Shown: positions 40,319-54,460 of the stretch, in pieces
Layout: each line of letters opens with the position of its first letter
How positions within the stretch are numbered: position 1 is the first letter of the stretch
From: Balanoglossus misakiensis
Taxonomy: Eukaryota > Animalia > Hemichordata
Reading direction: 5' to 3'
Length of the DNA: 64,000 bases
Assembly: GCA_040954595.2 (NCBI GenBank)
Contig: CM082598.2
Span: forward strand, 4,603,097 to 4,667,096
Notes under the pieces: model-generated
What the model was told of the DNA's origin: nothing
Seen by the model: only the letters and a program-made list of their open reading frames with translations
Database searches by the model: none
Made by a program: the position numbers and the translations under genes

Positions 40319-40425
40319 CACAGTAAGGACCCTGGGGAATAATTTGTATTGATAAAATGCTCCTCTCCATTAGAATTAAGATGGCGAAGATTGTGCCATC
40401 TTCTGGCTGCACGTCTTCAGACTGT
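40319..40425 (-). CDS. Candidate upstream exon of the WS/DGAT gene, 107 nt, phase 2/1 (QSEDVQPEDGTIFAILILMERSILSIQIIPQGPYC)
   Basis: Donor GTG|gtgagt, moderate acceptor ctcttgtcaccttggaaacag. The one fully open frame ends in phase 1, matching exon 19974. Confidence 0.45.
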
Positions 40426-43400
40426 CTGTTTCCAAGGTGACAAGAGTGCAGTATAACACTTGAACCAATTTGTTTCATGTCAATGTGACAGAAAGGAGAC
40501 TGTCTATGTGACTGACATCTGCTACAGGAAATGTTACTGTCAAGGCAGAAATAGAATATTCAACTTATCACTTCATGCTAGAAATAGTATGTAGATGACA
40601 TACATGTACTAAGCATGTCTCTTAGAGCATTGCCTCTTGAAAATAAAAGACTGACTTGCTCCAATGGACAGTGTATATTTGCAATTTCTCACTTCTATTT
40701 CCTGCAGTACTCCAGATGATAAAATGGATAAGTCATAGCATTGTCTGATAAACTTTTGAAATCTGCACAACATTTCAAGGCGGAGACCTGATGCATACAA
40801 TTGTCCAAAAGGAATAAAACTGGTTTTTAATAACAAAATTCATTGAAACTTTTACAATCTGAATTTATTTCAGAATGATCCTTAATGAACATACGATAAA
40901 CGATAATTCTGCTCAAATGTGTTACCGTAACATAAGTAATCAAGGTTGAAGAAAATGTAGAGATAAAAGCACTGCACGTTCTGCCCATTCCAATTTGACT
41001 CTTAATGCTGAATAAATTTTCAATTCCAGCCTACTATACTGTCCATTGAATTCTAACAATGATATTAGATTTGCCAGTCTTCAAGCAGTTTATTGCTCAT
41101 TCAATTTTGATTTCATACACATCTATTTTTTATTTACAACTGGTAAATACCTTTTTCCTTTAAAGATTTAACGGAAATCTCCACATCCTTTGAATGTTGG
41201 CAGCATGCATGCACCAAGACTTATCCAGAATTAATAGAAACGTTTTAGGTAGGCGTTATATTTTCCTTTTTTCCTTTTGTTTTTCATTCCTCTTTTAAAG
41301 CCTCTAGAGCTGCCACTTTTTGTATTATTTTCATGATTTTATTTCCCAACTTAAATTGGTCCATCTAAATAAGCTTACTGATAGGTATACATGAACACCT
41401 TATCAATGCCCGATTGTGACTACATGTTGCAATTTGAACAGTTTTGTATTAAAACGGTGCCGCACAGATTTAATCAGCCTCCGTACAAACAGTACACAGC
41501 TATCGTGGTATGCGTCGCCAAGAGATGACAAACTGATGCAAATGCAAGTAATATGGCTTATAATGGTGAGGATTTTAGAGGATAGGGAATATTTTGGAAG
41601 TATTTAGTGGAAAAAAATATGTGAAATTTGGTAGCTATAGGGGCTTTAAACCAACTGTTCAGCAGCAACTACTTTCTTAAAACATTCTGCCCAAAATGTC
41701 AACCGTTACCCTGTGGCATATAGGTAACTGGTAAATTAAAAATGTCAAAGCAGCAAGAAAATTCAGTGTAATTGCTGATTTACAATAAAATGATGCATTA
41801 AAATTTTTTCTTCTCATATTTGTAAGTCATCATTCAATTCTGACATTAACTTGGGGATTGAGTATCCAGCAGTCTACTGGTATCATATTTCGCCATATTC
41901 TTAAAATGTAAGACACAATCATTCTTAAAAGAACTAGCATTTAACATTTAGGCCAAAGTAAGTAAATTCTTTGTTTTGCATCCACGGGTGCATAAGTTTG
42001 AAGAGGTTTTTGAGAAACAACACACACAATGTTTGCGTGGGAAATTTTGCTCATGGACAATATTGTGTAGCAAAAATATGCCATGACTTTCATATAGCAG
42101 TAATATTGAATTAAGGTAACATTGACGTAGAAAAAAGAATACCATGCAAATGATATCACTTTGATATTGTACGTCATACAACATTTATATCCCTACCAGA
42201 AGATCACTAAATATCAGTTTCTTTCAAGAACTGAACTCATTTTTTGTACCTTCGTTTACTTCCAAATTTGACCGTCGAGGTATTTGCAGTTCATGTCCAG
42301 TATATGAAACATCTGACTAAGAATCAGTCACAATTTGGAGTGTACAAATTCTCGACAAGATGGCCGCCACAAACCAGACACCTTTAACTATCATTGCATT
42401 GCTAGCAGCAAAAATGTGCCAAGGAACAAGACTTCTAGGTATACTATTATCACAACCATTTCACATGCTGCAGTGAAAGTTGACTTGAAATTCCTAAAGG
42501 AAGATTGGCAACAGATGGAGAGTTATAACATTTCACGAGCCTATACAGATATAAACCATGGTTAATGTTTCACAGGGTAAATATAATAAATTGTTGCTAA
42601 GATTAGAATAATCGCGGGATATAAATACTCCAATTAATTACCTTTTTCAAAATAGGTTATTTTACTCTAGTGTATACTATAAATGCACAAGGTATCACAC
42701 ATTTGACCTGAGATATATAGGCCATATGTGGGCAGTAATAAATGTCATAAATTTTAGTTGTCAAGAGGAAACATGGACTGGTTGTGTGAAACTTCTCATT
42801 CACCAAAACATCTTCATGTACAGTACTGCAAGCAATGGTCACTGTGTCCAATAGTGGGAGTTCTATACCCGTATTGCCCATGGTAATTAGATAATTATGA
42901 AATACAGACAATATGGTAGATTAGCCTTTAAAATTGTTATAAGGCTGAATGATTGACTTTTCATCCATAATACAAATATTTCTTTCAAATTGGTCTCCTA
43001 GCATGCAGAACTGAGCACTGTTCTATAGGAAGTCTTTTTTTGGCCAAACAAACTACGGTAATATGATTTTCTAACGAAGGGGTTCCTCTTCTTGAAACAG
43101 CTTGATTAAGATGATACATGCAATTAATTCAGTGTTAATACTACGAAATCGGTATGAACACTTAAAGACTGACTATTGAAAGGGGAATTCTTATCACATG
43201 GGACCTATGGCGCGACTTCATGTAATGTGCCTTATGTTAGAAACTGCATTCCTACTGCACAGTTGCATTCCTGCTGAACAGTTCATCTTGCACTATTTCC
43301 CTAGGGCACTTAGAAACATTAATTACGGAAAAGTAAAGGAACTGTGAACTCTATTGCTCCGACAACAACTAATTAGAAAGCCTGATTTACTATACCTTGC

Positions 43401-46222
43401 AGAAAAATGGTAAAGTAGACAAGCTTTTCAAAATATTCTATTGTTCAGTTCATGAAAATAATGACATTCATCAATTTTGTTTCTGTTGAAGATTGCAAAG
43501 ATGCAATCAATCTAAATCCGCTGGGCTATGGAAAGTTCAGTACCATGCTATTCTGAATACTGGAACCATAGGTGATCATATTCTATCAAATTTCCCTTTA
43601 AGAGACAACTCATATTATGTCCCAGCAGTACACTATGAATGATACCTTCAGCCTTACAGGGCTCAATTTATTTTTGCCATTGTGTGTTTGCAGGCATTGC
43701 ATTGCTTATGAGTGATCTACAGCATATTTTTATTTTTCATTTTCACAATTAATGTCTCCCAGAAGCATTTGCAAGTTACATAAAGAAATGACAGTATAAA
43801 ACAATTGCTGAACTGAGGTCACTCAAGCAAAGTATAATTATCAAACTTATGAAAGTCTGTCCCTTTGGGCAAACTGAAAATGAAACGTGATTGTGTCACA
43901 CTGGTTTTGAATAGTACTGTGCAAATGTAGTGAGTTTAAGATGTAGAACTATTGGATGTGAACAGAGACAATCTCGATCAAGTTTCTTTAAACAGAACGA
44001 TGTTGGTTCTTCAAAGAGGCTCCATCTAAACACTAGAGGTTCAAACTGGGAGATAAATTCACAATCACAGGCCTAAACTAGTTACCTTGAATAGCAAAGC
44101 ATAATTACGTTGTACATTTATGAACAGGATAACAAGTTCTTGTTTCACTATCAATGCTGCCGGAAACAGGGAATAACAGTAATGAGTCAAGGTTTACTTC
44201 CTCGTAAAAAAAAACCCACATGGTATTCAGGGCTACTGAAGACTCAGAAGGAAATGACTCCTATTGCCTCAAATTGCCTTTTGAAGTCCCTTTCCGAGAA
44301 CTGCACATATCGATCAAGTGGCCATTACCACTTGTGAGGAGAAAGAAACAGTGTTTACTGTGAAACTCACTAGGCTCGAAGAATTGCCCGTTTGATTTTA
44401 CTATCCTGCCGAGTTCTCGTTATGAACAAGTAATTCGAAAAGAAAGTGATAAAACTGTTGGAAGTACCTGTATAACACAGTATGATGGTTCAACAAGAAA
44501 ATCAACTGCTCTGCTTACTTTAGGTTTCACAAATAAGAACCTTAAGTTAAACCAGTACTGGTATATTCTTATTAGTAAATTACACAGAGTAATACAACCC
44601 CATAGTTAAAACATGTTAGCGTTGTCTAAAGAACATGTACTGGCCAGGTGGTGTTTTTCTGTGTGGCCACCCACTGAAAATCTGTGATTGGTTAGATCTC
44701 CGTTTTCCACGGCTAAATTTGAATAGGGGACCACATACCACTGATACTTTTAAATTTAAAGGAACCAGGGACATATGCCAACAGAACTGTAATTTCATCA
44801 CCACACTGCTTGGTCTTGCCAGTGGGAATCTATACTCCCACTGGGTAAAATTACTTGAGAACCTCATGGTAACATTAACCATCAAATCTTTACTTATAAG
44901 CACAGGAGTGCCAAAAGCTGTGAGAATTAGGTAATTTAAAGTTTCGGTCAGTGAAGTCAAAAGGAGAAGCATATTAGTTCTGTACCACTTATCGCGCAAA
45001 GTGACAAGTCTTAAGCTACCAACAAGGAAGTCTTTGTCGACACGTACAATTCACTCTCTTTAAAGTTTCTCTGAATTACCCAGTTCAGTTCACATGAGGA
45101 AAATGTTTCTTTACAATAATCAGACATGCATTCATATAACCTGGTAAAAAGACTGCAATCTCGCTTCATTATAGCTACCTCAGACTTACAAATTGCGAAA
45201 CAGAATTTTGTTAAAGGAAATTAAAAAAAGGATCAGATTGAAAGCTAGCGTTTTCTTACTCAACCGTCAAAAGAAATTTACTGAGTATTTGTGAAGTTGC
45301 GAGTCAAAAGAAAGTCTGGCAACAGAACATACAGGATTAACACATCAAAAACTATTTAGTACAGAAAATGGTCAATGACATACAAGCTATTATATTCACC
45401 ATTGTAACATCTCATGTATGTGTCACACAAGTAATATGAGCTAATATACCAGGGGGTATTCACCATTATCTCATGCATTATTCCACTCTCATAATTGGCT
45501 GAGATGCACTCAATGTTATGAGAAGCAAAACTGATAACATATTGGCTACAGAGAGACTATTGACCTCTCAATACAGCACTATTGCCCTCTATGCAGTCCC
45601 AAGCTAGAATGCTCATTTAACACACTTAGAATTTTGAATATGCTCAGAACATTGTGATTGGCTATAACTGAAACACTCTTTGGCATCATTCCAAGTTAAA
45701 TCAGCCTCCTCTCTGTACTTAAACCTGATTGGTACGTGCAACACTGAGACTCATTTGCATGCATATTCGAATGTTCAGTGAAATGGGAGGAAAATGTACA
45801 ACAAATGAAGCTGATCAGGCAATGTTATGATTTGTAGCCTACCCTTGGGTGGTCACAGTTGTCTGACCATAATATTAATGACACGCCTAGGAATCGGGCA
45901 TCATCAATATTATGGTCAAAGAGCAACCATCATTCCTGCAGGCTACAAATTGCGATAATGCTACCGCTGTTGCTAATAGACCGTACATCGTATTGTCTTA
46001 TTCAGTTTTACAGTTATTTTAATGGATGTTTGAAAAGGACATCTGTTACCATCAGATATTTTTTCCAAATTTTGGCTCTAAGTGTCATTTCTTCAGCTCT
46101 ACAAAACCATGATGTGAATTTGTATTTGACTACATTTGGTAAATTCATGTGAGGCATGAGAATTGATTGCTCTTGTTGGCTAATGATTGGACTGAAGTTT
46201 GTTGAGGAGACGTATTTAAATA

Positions 46223-46428
46223 CTGTTAAACACTTTATTTTCGCGAGCAATAAATTTTCGCAAAATACGCGAGAGCCAAAATAGCGCGAAAGTAAAAAGT
46301 CACATAATTTTTTTGAAGATAACGATGCAGTGAATGAAATAAGAGAACGCGAAAATTAATACTTGTGAAACAGTGGCCTCTCTCGATATTGCGAAAATTT
46401 CAACTCGCGAAAATAAAGTTTTTCACAA
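46223..46428 (+). mobile_element. MITE family A copy
   Basis: Colinear with 15124-15330 throughout; TA flanks. Confidence 0.85.
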
Positions 46429-47320
46429 TAACCTTCTCTAAAAATTATGGCTAAGACAAACTGCATTCTGTCCTTCACGGATCACAATCAGCAGTCACAC
46501 ACTAATATCTCAATCACGTACAACACACAGTACTGATTCATTATCATTTATGATTTGGAGTTTTAAACAGAATTATCGCCCAAGGAGAAGTTATTAATAG
46601 ACCCATGGAAGAAATATTAATAGAAATAATAAATGAATCCTAGGACAAGGTTCTTATAAAAGCGAGGATAATTAAATAAGAAGCCGTAACTAAGGTAATC
46701 ACACAGGCACCAAGGAAATGCTGCATTGACTGAAACCGTGCACTTGACCATCTGGTCATATTTAAAGACCAGGTAAATATTCTTCTTTTGCTCAATCAAG
46801 GTTAATGGCATTTTTGACGTATGTCATCATAGTACAATTGCTGACAGTATTTCATCAGATCTGTCGGTCATTATTCGAGTACGCAGTTAATTCAAATCAG
46901 ATGGTGCAGAAGTGGAATTATTATGCTATGTGCATCCTAACAGCTGTGTGCACTAACCCAGAATGCAGATTTTTTTGACCGCCAACGTGCGAAAAATTTG
47001 CAATAGTGCATGCAATAATGGGATGAACTATTCCATATGACATGTCCAGTTTGACAACTTTTTCAATCCTCCATATAGCTGTCTAAAGGCAAATTCTCAG
47101 AAATATGGAAACAAAAGATTTTCACTATTGTTATATTTTTGTACATTGTTTCTTAATTTTATGTGTTAACTCCAAAATACGCTATTTAAATTTGTACTGG
47201 TATGTTAAACTAAACTCAAATTTAGTAATTTATATATTTACTACCGGTATTTGTATCCATCTATCTATCTCCTATATCATTATGAGTGTGACCAACCAAT
47301 AAGATGCAGAAATATGTTAT

Positions 47321-47635
47321 TTAAGCAATAAAACACCCCCAGCCATGGTATACCACGAGATTTTGACCAGTTCACGACATATACGCACGAGCGATAGCGA
47401 GTGCGTATATGGAGTTGAACTGGTCAAAATCGAGTGGTATACCATGGCTGGGGGTGTTTTATTGCTATTATATTATGCCAGTATATTGAAACTTTGCATA
47501 AAACATTTTAAAAAGGCATTTTCTTTGACTATGATATATGACTGTGGTATATGGCTAATATATCACGGTCACGTGTCGTGTCTCGACCAATCAAATAGCG
47601 TGATTTACACCATCAATATACTGGTATAATATAAT
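47321..47635 (+). mobile_element. Double-hairpin non-autonomous element (possibly Crypton-like; family unassigned)
   Basis: Hairpin 1 (47324-47466) has perfect stems of 33, 16 and 11 bp. Hairpin 2 has arms at 47467-47489 and 47613-47635 (22/23 match). The element begins at TTAA. Confidence 0.6.
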
Positions 47636-48889
47636 TCCTTCTTATGACATACTTTTCCACCAAATTAGCATCAACATGTAAGTGTGGGTTGATTACTACT
47701 TCATCACCAATATACCTCAGACAAACTAAATTTGTATTATTATCATTATCATGGCTGGACCACCTACAGTTTGTGTGAAGATAATTAATTTGGTCAGGGT
47801 CAGTCTACAATAGCTTGTATGACATATCATTTATTTATTTTTAATCGCCATGACTCCAACAGCCTATACATCAGTGTGACAGATACATGTAATTAATATA
47901 TTATAAATTATCATGGGGTCAGTCTGTTTTAACAGCGTCTAATAATCTGAATCATCTTTGGGTCAGAAATCCAATTTAAACTGAAATTCATCAAATCACT
48001 GAGGTTTTAGTATATATTTGTCATTTATTTGCTGTTGACAAACAAATTAGCGGTTACATATTTATGTAATAAAGCACTCAGATCACAACAAAACTAACAT
48101 GTACCATGTACACATGTTTTTATAAAACTAATTTACTATAAAAAGATTAGGAAAGTCAAGGTTTATATGAATGTGTTGTAAATATACCATGTGCATGTTT
48201 TGAGCTGCTATTATGCTTGTTTTTGTGTCATGCATTTTGGTGAATTAATAGACTACCACGAGTTTAACATGAGTTTGAATATGAGTTTGACATATGGGTG
48301 AGAAGATATAATTATATGAAGGTAAGGGACATGTCTTTTAATTAGTCCTTCACTAATATACCATACTCTGAAGACTTGATTAACTCTGTTAACTCATCTA
48401 AAACTGAAACAATATTACACTGTCATAAAAATTACTCATAGAATCAGCTAACAAAAGCAGACATCTCTATAATTGGATTCATTGAACTCATTAAAAAATG
48501 AATTTTATGAAACTATTATGCTTTCACAGTTGTCTTTTCAATACAGTAATTAAATAATTAATTAAAATGAAATTAGAACTGACGGTTGTTCAAATAAGGG
48601 CTAATAAATTAATTATTGCTTGACTTCATTCTCAGATAATTCATGTCTGACAGACATGGCATCTTTCCATGTATTTATTTCCAGATCATAGAAATGACAT
48701 TTCATGTAGTTCACAGTCACGGCAATTTCGTTCAATATTCACACACTGCATTCTAATTTATTTCACAGATGCACAGGGATGATGCACTGGCCTGGAGGTT
48801 CCACGATTCAATTTGGTTTGGGATATCTCTCCCATTGCCAGCGGGTTTTTGGCAACTGATCAGTATGCGGTGACTGACTGGGGGAAATA

Positions 48890-49101
48890 CTGTAGTACAG
48901 GTTATTTTCGCGAGCAATAAATTTTCGCGAAATATGCGAGAGCCAAAACAAAACCGTGAAAATAAAAAGTCGCGTAAAATGTTTTTCGGATATAACGATG
49001 CAGTAAGTGAAATAAAAGAACGCGAAAGTTAATCCTCGTGTAACAGTTGCCTGTTTTGATATCGCGAAAATTCACTGTCGCGAAAATAACCCATTTTACA
49101 G
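48890..49101 (+). mobile_element. MITE family A copy
   Basis: Same internal sequence and TIRs; TA flanks. Confidence 0.8.
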
Positions 49102-50570
49102 TACAGGGCACTCTTGTGTGTAACGGTTATGATGAAATAGGAGCGCTGACTATCCTTGATGCTATTTTTCATTATTATTTCAGCTTTGCCTGCAGGTGAC
49201 ATCACTAAGGCACTTTACAGCTTAGATTTAATACCAAGTTCATTCAGCAACTGAACATAAGGTTTTGCCCTTTCACTGCACAAAAAGGTATCAGTTCCAT
49301 TTGTGTTAAATAGTGAACGTACTGTAAAAGCATTAATGTTTCACTGCGTTTCAATTTCACTTTTTTCGCAGTTCGATATAATCCTCTGAATTAAATCCAA
49401 GTGAAATGTAACATAACAAAAGAACTGTTTCACAGCCAAATCCATGAATTTAAAACCTAGTGAATGTGCCCCAAACATCAAAACACAGAAATGAAATCCT
49501 AGTAGAAATGAATAGAAAGCCCCATATGCATGAGAATCTATGGTTGATCGGAATGAAAGGTTAATGAATTGAAGTTTCTGCTCAGTTACATATGATATAT
49601 AGCCTTGGTAGTTAAAATATCAAGACATCATTTGTGTGACATTTTAAGCATAATGGGTTCAAACCTCCCAAAAATAGATCAAAGTGATTTATCATCAAAA
49701 CCCTTGTCGGCAAATAAGAGTAGCACCTTAAGATGTGAGCGCACATTTCTTCCCATGGAATTAGGGTTCCATTTGCTGTATCTCTGGGCTATTTTGTTAG
49801 TCACTGTATCTGTTAATATACTGAATAATATGATTTTTTTATGTGTCTATCGTTATGACTTTGTTCATATTTTTTTTCCATAGTGATAAATTTGTTTATA
49901 TTTTGTTTCCATAGTGAATCATAACATTGGTTTAATTTACCAGAACCTAATTTTCACTGGGCAGAAACACAGAGGTGACCTTTACATTGCATAGATTAGT
50001 TTAGTTTCTTCACAGATGTGCATTGAATTTTTATTTTCACTGTCAATTGTACCAGTTTCATTTATATATATCACGGTCACTACAGGAGTGACAGTGTATA
50101 TACAAATTACAATGGATTTTCATATTTAGGCTCATTTAATTTCACAGTTAAAATTGAACTTGCTGGTGTATATATCTTTCCCTGACATGTACCAGCACAC
50201 ATGAAAAGGCAACATATAAGCTAGATAATCCTACAATCACGGCCACAGCTGCTATATCCTTTTGTACTATGGTATTAAGGTAGGGGACCAGTGCGTGGGA
50301 TCACATTCTATACAACATGTAGAGTTTTGAGAAAATGCTGTGTGGTATATTCATTGTCATTTTCACAAAAGTTGCCACAAGAAAAGCTGTATCCAATGAT
50401 ATTATATCTCTGTTTGATTGTTTTGATATGATGGGCCAGGAAAATTAGAGGGAGGAGTGTTCTAGTAATAATCACTAATATGATGTATTTTAGACCTTGT
50501 ATAGTTGAAAAAAGAATAATGTGGATTCATAGCGGTATTAAAGATAATATATAAAATATAGTTTGGCATA

Positions 50571-50778
50571 CTGTAAAACACTTTATTTTCGCGAGTCAAA
50601 ATTTTCGCGATATCAAGAGAGGCCACTGTTTCGCGAGTATTAATTTTCGCGTTCTCTTATTTCATTCACTGTATCGTTATCTTCAAAAAAAAATTACGTG
50701 ACTTTTTATTTTCACGCTATTTTGGCTCTCGCGTATTTCGCGTAAATTTATTGCTCGCAAAAATATAGTGTTTTACAG
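50571..50778 (-). mobile_element. MITE family A copy, inverted orientation
   Basis: Near reverse complement of 46223-46428; TA|CTGTAAAAC...GTTTTACAG|TA. Confidence 0.85.
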
Positions 50779-51377
50779 TATTGCCATTTAAATTGTCCAA
50801 AAATAAATGACATTTTACAATGAACTGTTCGTCCTGACGCTGTGCAACACAGATCTGACACAGCATGGACATTGTACGGTTTTACTTCTAAGTTCGAGTT
50901 CAGGTAAATGCCACGAAACATAACACAAACAGGAAACTAGTCACACTTACTGACAGTAACACCTTATACAATGCAAACACTAGTATCAAAACTGTTGACA
51001 TTAATAATGATGGACAGCTAATTTAAAAAGGTCATGCTATGCATCTAAAATATTCAATGGAATTTGTTACTGCACTTCAAACGACATGATTAATGATCTG
51101 GGACGGATTTTCGCCGCAAGCAGACCGACGTTTCAAACCTGACACTAGGGACAGCTAGCGCTAAATATATTTTACAACAATTTTTAATTGCTTTTTCCAT
51201 TCCATCAGTGAAATTAAATTCCTGTGACAGAGTACATGATGGGGTTGTAGATTTCTTTCAGCGTTGTGTACATATTATGGTATCTCACATTTTTCGTTGT
51301 TTACAAAGTCAAAAGTGACTGACTTGCTGTTGATCAAATATGAAATGCTAGTAATAATCAAATGGGCAATGCAAGCC

Positions 51378-51722
51378 ATCTCTCTCTGGCTGCCCTTTTT
51401 TCCATTAATTATGTTTGATACAAGACACTGTTTATATTAATGTACATGTGGATATGTAGTGAATCAATGTTCAACAACACACACCTTCCATCCTGCTTGT
51501 AGACACGAGAGTGGAAAAAAACTTGCCAAAATGAATAATCGGTCTCTACCATTTATTCATTTTGGATGAGTTTTTACTCTCATATCATACAAGCAGGATG
51601 GAAGTTGTGTGTGGTACAAAGTTGATTCACTACATATACACATGTACATTAACATAAACAGTGTCTTGTATCAAACATAATGAATGTAAAAGGGCAGCGA
51701 GAAAGAGACTTTGTCCCTATAA
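51378..51722. mobile_element. Family C fold-back MITE, second two-armed copy
   Basis: Same arms and centre (aaaatgaataatcggtctctaccatttattcatttt); left tip eroded. Confidence 0.8.
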
Positions 51723-52808
51723 GCTGAATTAAAAGCTGGACAGATTTAATATCAAGTGTGTAAAATTTTAAAACTGAGTTCCATCACAGAATGGGCAGGT
51801 TTACCCGGATATTAAAGCTATAATGTCTCCAATATTTAAGGTTGTATGTTTTAATGAGTACACCCAAACTGTAAATTTCCTTTTCAATTAGGCACACAGC
51901 GTTTGAGATATCTGCGTCCAACATGACTTTCTCAAGTTAGAATCATTGACCCGATAATTGAATTCTGTAACACCAAGGAAAAATCAGAATTCACAATTTT
52001 CCAATTTGTTAAAGAGTTGACTTTTCCAAGGTTGATGACTTGGAGGCAGTGAATAATTAAAACATGGTATAAATAAAAATTCATTATTAATAAGGACAGG
52101 ATAATTATGCTCTCATTCAATTATCAAGAGCAAATTTACAAGTTTTGGCAATATTTTCAAAGTTAAGAGCCAGAATATGCATATCGGAGATCTATCGCTT
52201 ATTAAGCCATTTTCCAGCATGGAATTTTCCATCACAGAATTTTGCCATAAAACCCTGAAAAGAAAATATTGTGTAACTGAAATCGTTTTTTAATGGCAAA
52301 ATGCCACATGCTGGAAATATTTTATTTCACGAGAAATAATGACGTAACCACAATGATTTTATCATCATAACTTTCAAAGCGTGATTTACACAGCATGTCT
52401 GCAAGTGAAAACTTTTTTCAGATAAAAAGGAATTGTGGTTGTGAATCTAAAACTCTTCAATACATACATATTTCAAAGCCTCTTAAAATCTAAATAGGTC
52501 TTTTCAACATTTTCTTTACATGTAAATGTAGCAAATGGGCACAGCTGCAGAATTCTCATCATTATTATTTGTTTCTTGCACATTGATGTGATTGGAGTTT
52601 CAATTCTTATCAAAATTTGCAAAATCAAAGAGAGGGGCCCCTTGCAGTGTTCTTGCTTATTCAATAATTGACAAAAACTATGAAAATAAAGATGAAAAAA
52701 GAAAATCTGACGTAACACATACCACATGTATTGAAACCATACGCAGCACTTAAAAATGCATCAGACTATCAGCTTTGTTAAATAGACGGTTAATCTGTGG
52801 TAGTATTA

Positions 52809-52978
52809 CTGTAAAACAGGAAATTTTCGCGAACAATACATTTTTGCAAACTACGTGTAATAATGCTGATAACAATGCAGTGAAATACGAGAACGCGAAA
52901 ATTAACAGTTGCGTAACAGTTGCCTCTTTTGATATCAGGTAAATTTTCTGTCGCGAGAATTTCCCGTTTTACGTACAG
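52809..52978 (+). mobile_element. MITE family A, internally deleted copy
   Basis: TIR CTGTAAAACAGGAAATTTTCGCGA; shared internal motif gcagtgaaatacgagaacgcgaaaattaa. Confidence 0.7.
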
Positions 52979-53375
52979 TATATTTCACTGGTTTCAGATA
53001 TAAGAGTGGATCACTGCTGATATATGTACCGTACAATATGCCCATTGTCAGCTGCCCTTGGTGTTGTAATTGGAACAACTCACATTTAATTGTTGCTATA
53101 TTTTGCCATTTAAAGCGCGTAGCTCGTCTCACACGCATGTAATTTAATATTAGCACCCCAGGGACGGATTCTCAGAAAAAATGACAGCCCTTCAACCTTC
53201 CAATTCTTTGCAATATTTTAAGTGGTGAGGAGCCATTTTCAAAATATTAACGGCAAAAACAGGGTGTTCACCATCTTGTTTTCATAAAAATAGCTACTTT
53301 GAATTTTCTCTATAGATTTTAACACAGACATTGGTGGCCATTTTGAATTTCAAATATACAATTATAGTTATATGT

Positions 53376-53960
53376 TGACAGATGTGCAAAACCAACATGC
53401 GCCAATATTAAAACAGGAACATATATGCTGGACAATATCCTGATGCAGTAAAACCTTAATTTAAAAAAATACTGACATGCAAAGTAAGCAATTTCTGTTT
53501 TATTTGACCAAATATATTACTAAACTGTAAGCATTTAATTCATATTGCAATACCAAATGTTTGTTCAATGATATATTATGTACATAATACATATTGGCAT
53601 CTTTAGTTTAATTTATGAGTGAGTAAATCTAATTTATTTTAGTTCTCAAATATTATCAAAGTTTCTATGGATATCCCTCAGATTTTAATTACTTGTCTTA
53701 GCTTTAAAAAGGACCATTCTCCATGTTTTTGCTTTGACTGTAAATTGTCAAATCTGTAAATACACATACACAATGAAAATGTATCTTGACAGACGCGCAA
53801 AACCCAAATGCACAGATATTAAAAACTAACATATGTTGAACACTACCCTTGTGAAGTAAAAAACTCAAATTTAACTACTGATATACTAAGCAAGCAACTT
53901 CTGTTGTGTTTGACCAAATGCTACTTTACTGTATACATTTAATATTATATTGCAAAATCA
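53376..53960. repeat. Diverged direct duplication (~180 bp, ~411 bp apart); a ~37-bp exact piece recurs at ~56555-56591
   Basis: tgacaga..gcaaaacc...atattaaaa...aagcaa.ttctgtt...tttgaccaaat occurs twice. Confidence 0.7.
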
Positions 53961-54284
53961 AAATATCACGCAATGATCTATTACAATATTGATGCAAATA
54001 GACATAAAACGTCTGCATCATTTTTGTGGACATTGCAATATTGGATTGCTTAAAACCTGACCATCTGCTACATGGGAAAAATGCACAGGGGAATTCCTGT
54101 TAAATTTTCAATAAGTATTGACACATTCACATTGGAATAAATAAAACCTGTTCTTGGATGAGACAACCAGGTTATCTCAATTATATCAGACTTGAAAATA
54201 CATAATGGCTATAATATACCGGTATGTGGAAATGCACAAGGTATATGTGTACACAGGGTGCTTTACCTCTTAAGTTTTGTCTGT

Positions 54285-54388
54285 GCTTGCTTGTTTATTT
54301 GTTTGTCTGTTTGTTTGTTTGTTTGTTTGTTTGTTTGTTTATGTGCAATTTGTTGATATATGTTAAAGAGTCAATAAAGATCTTTGCT

Positions 54389-54449
<61 letters not shown>

Positions 54450-54460
54450 GTCTATATCTG
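54285..54460. repeat. Compound (GTTT)n and (TATC)n microsatellites
   Basis: Direct reading. Confidence 0.95.
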
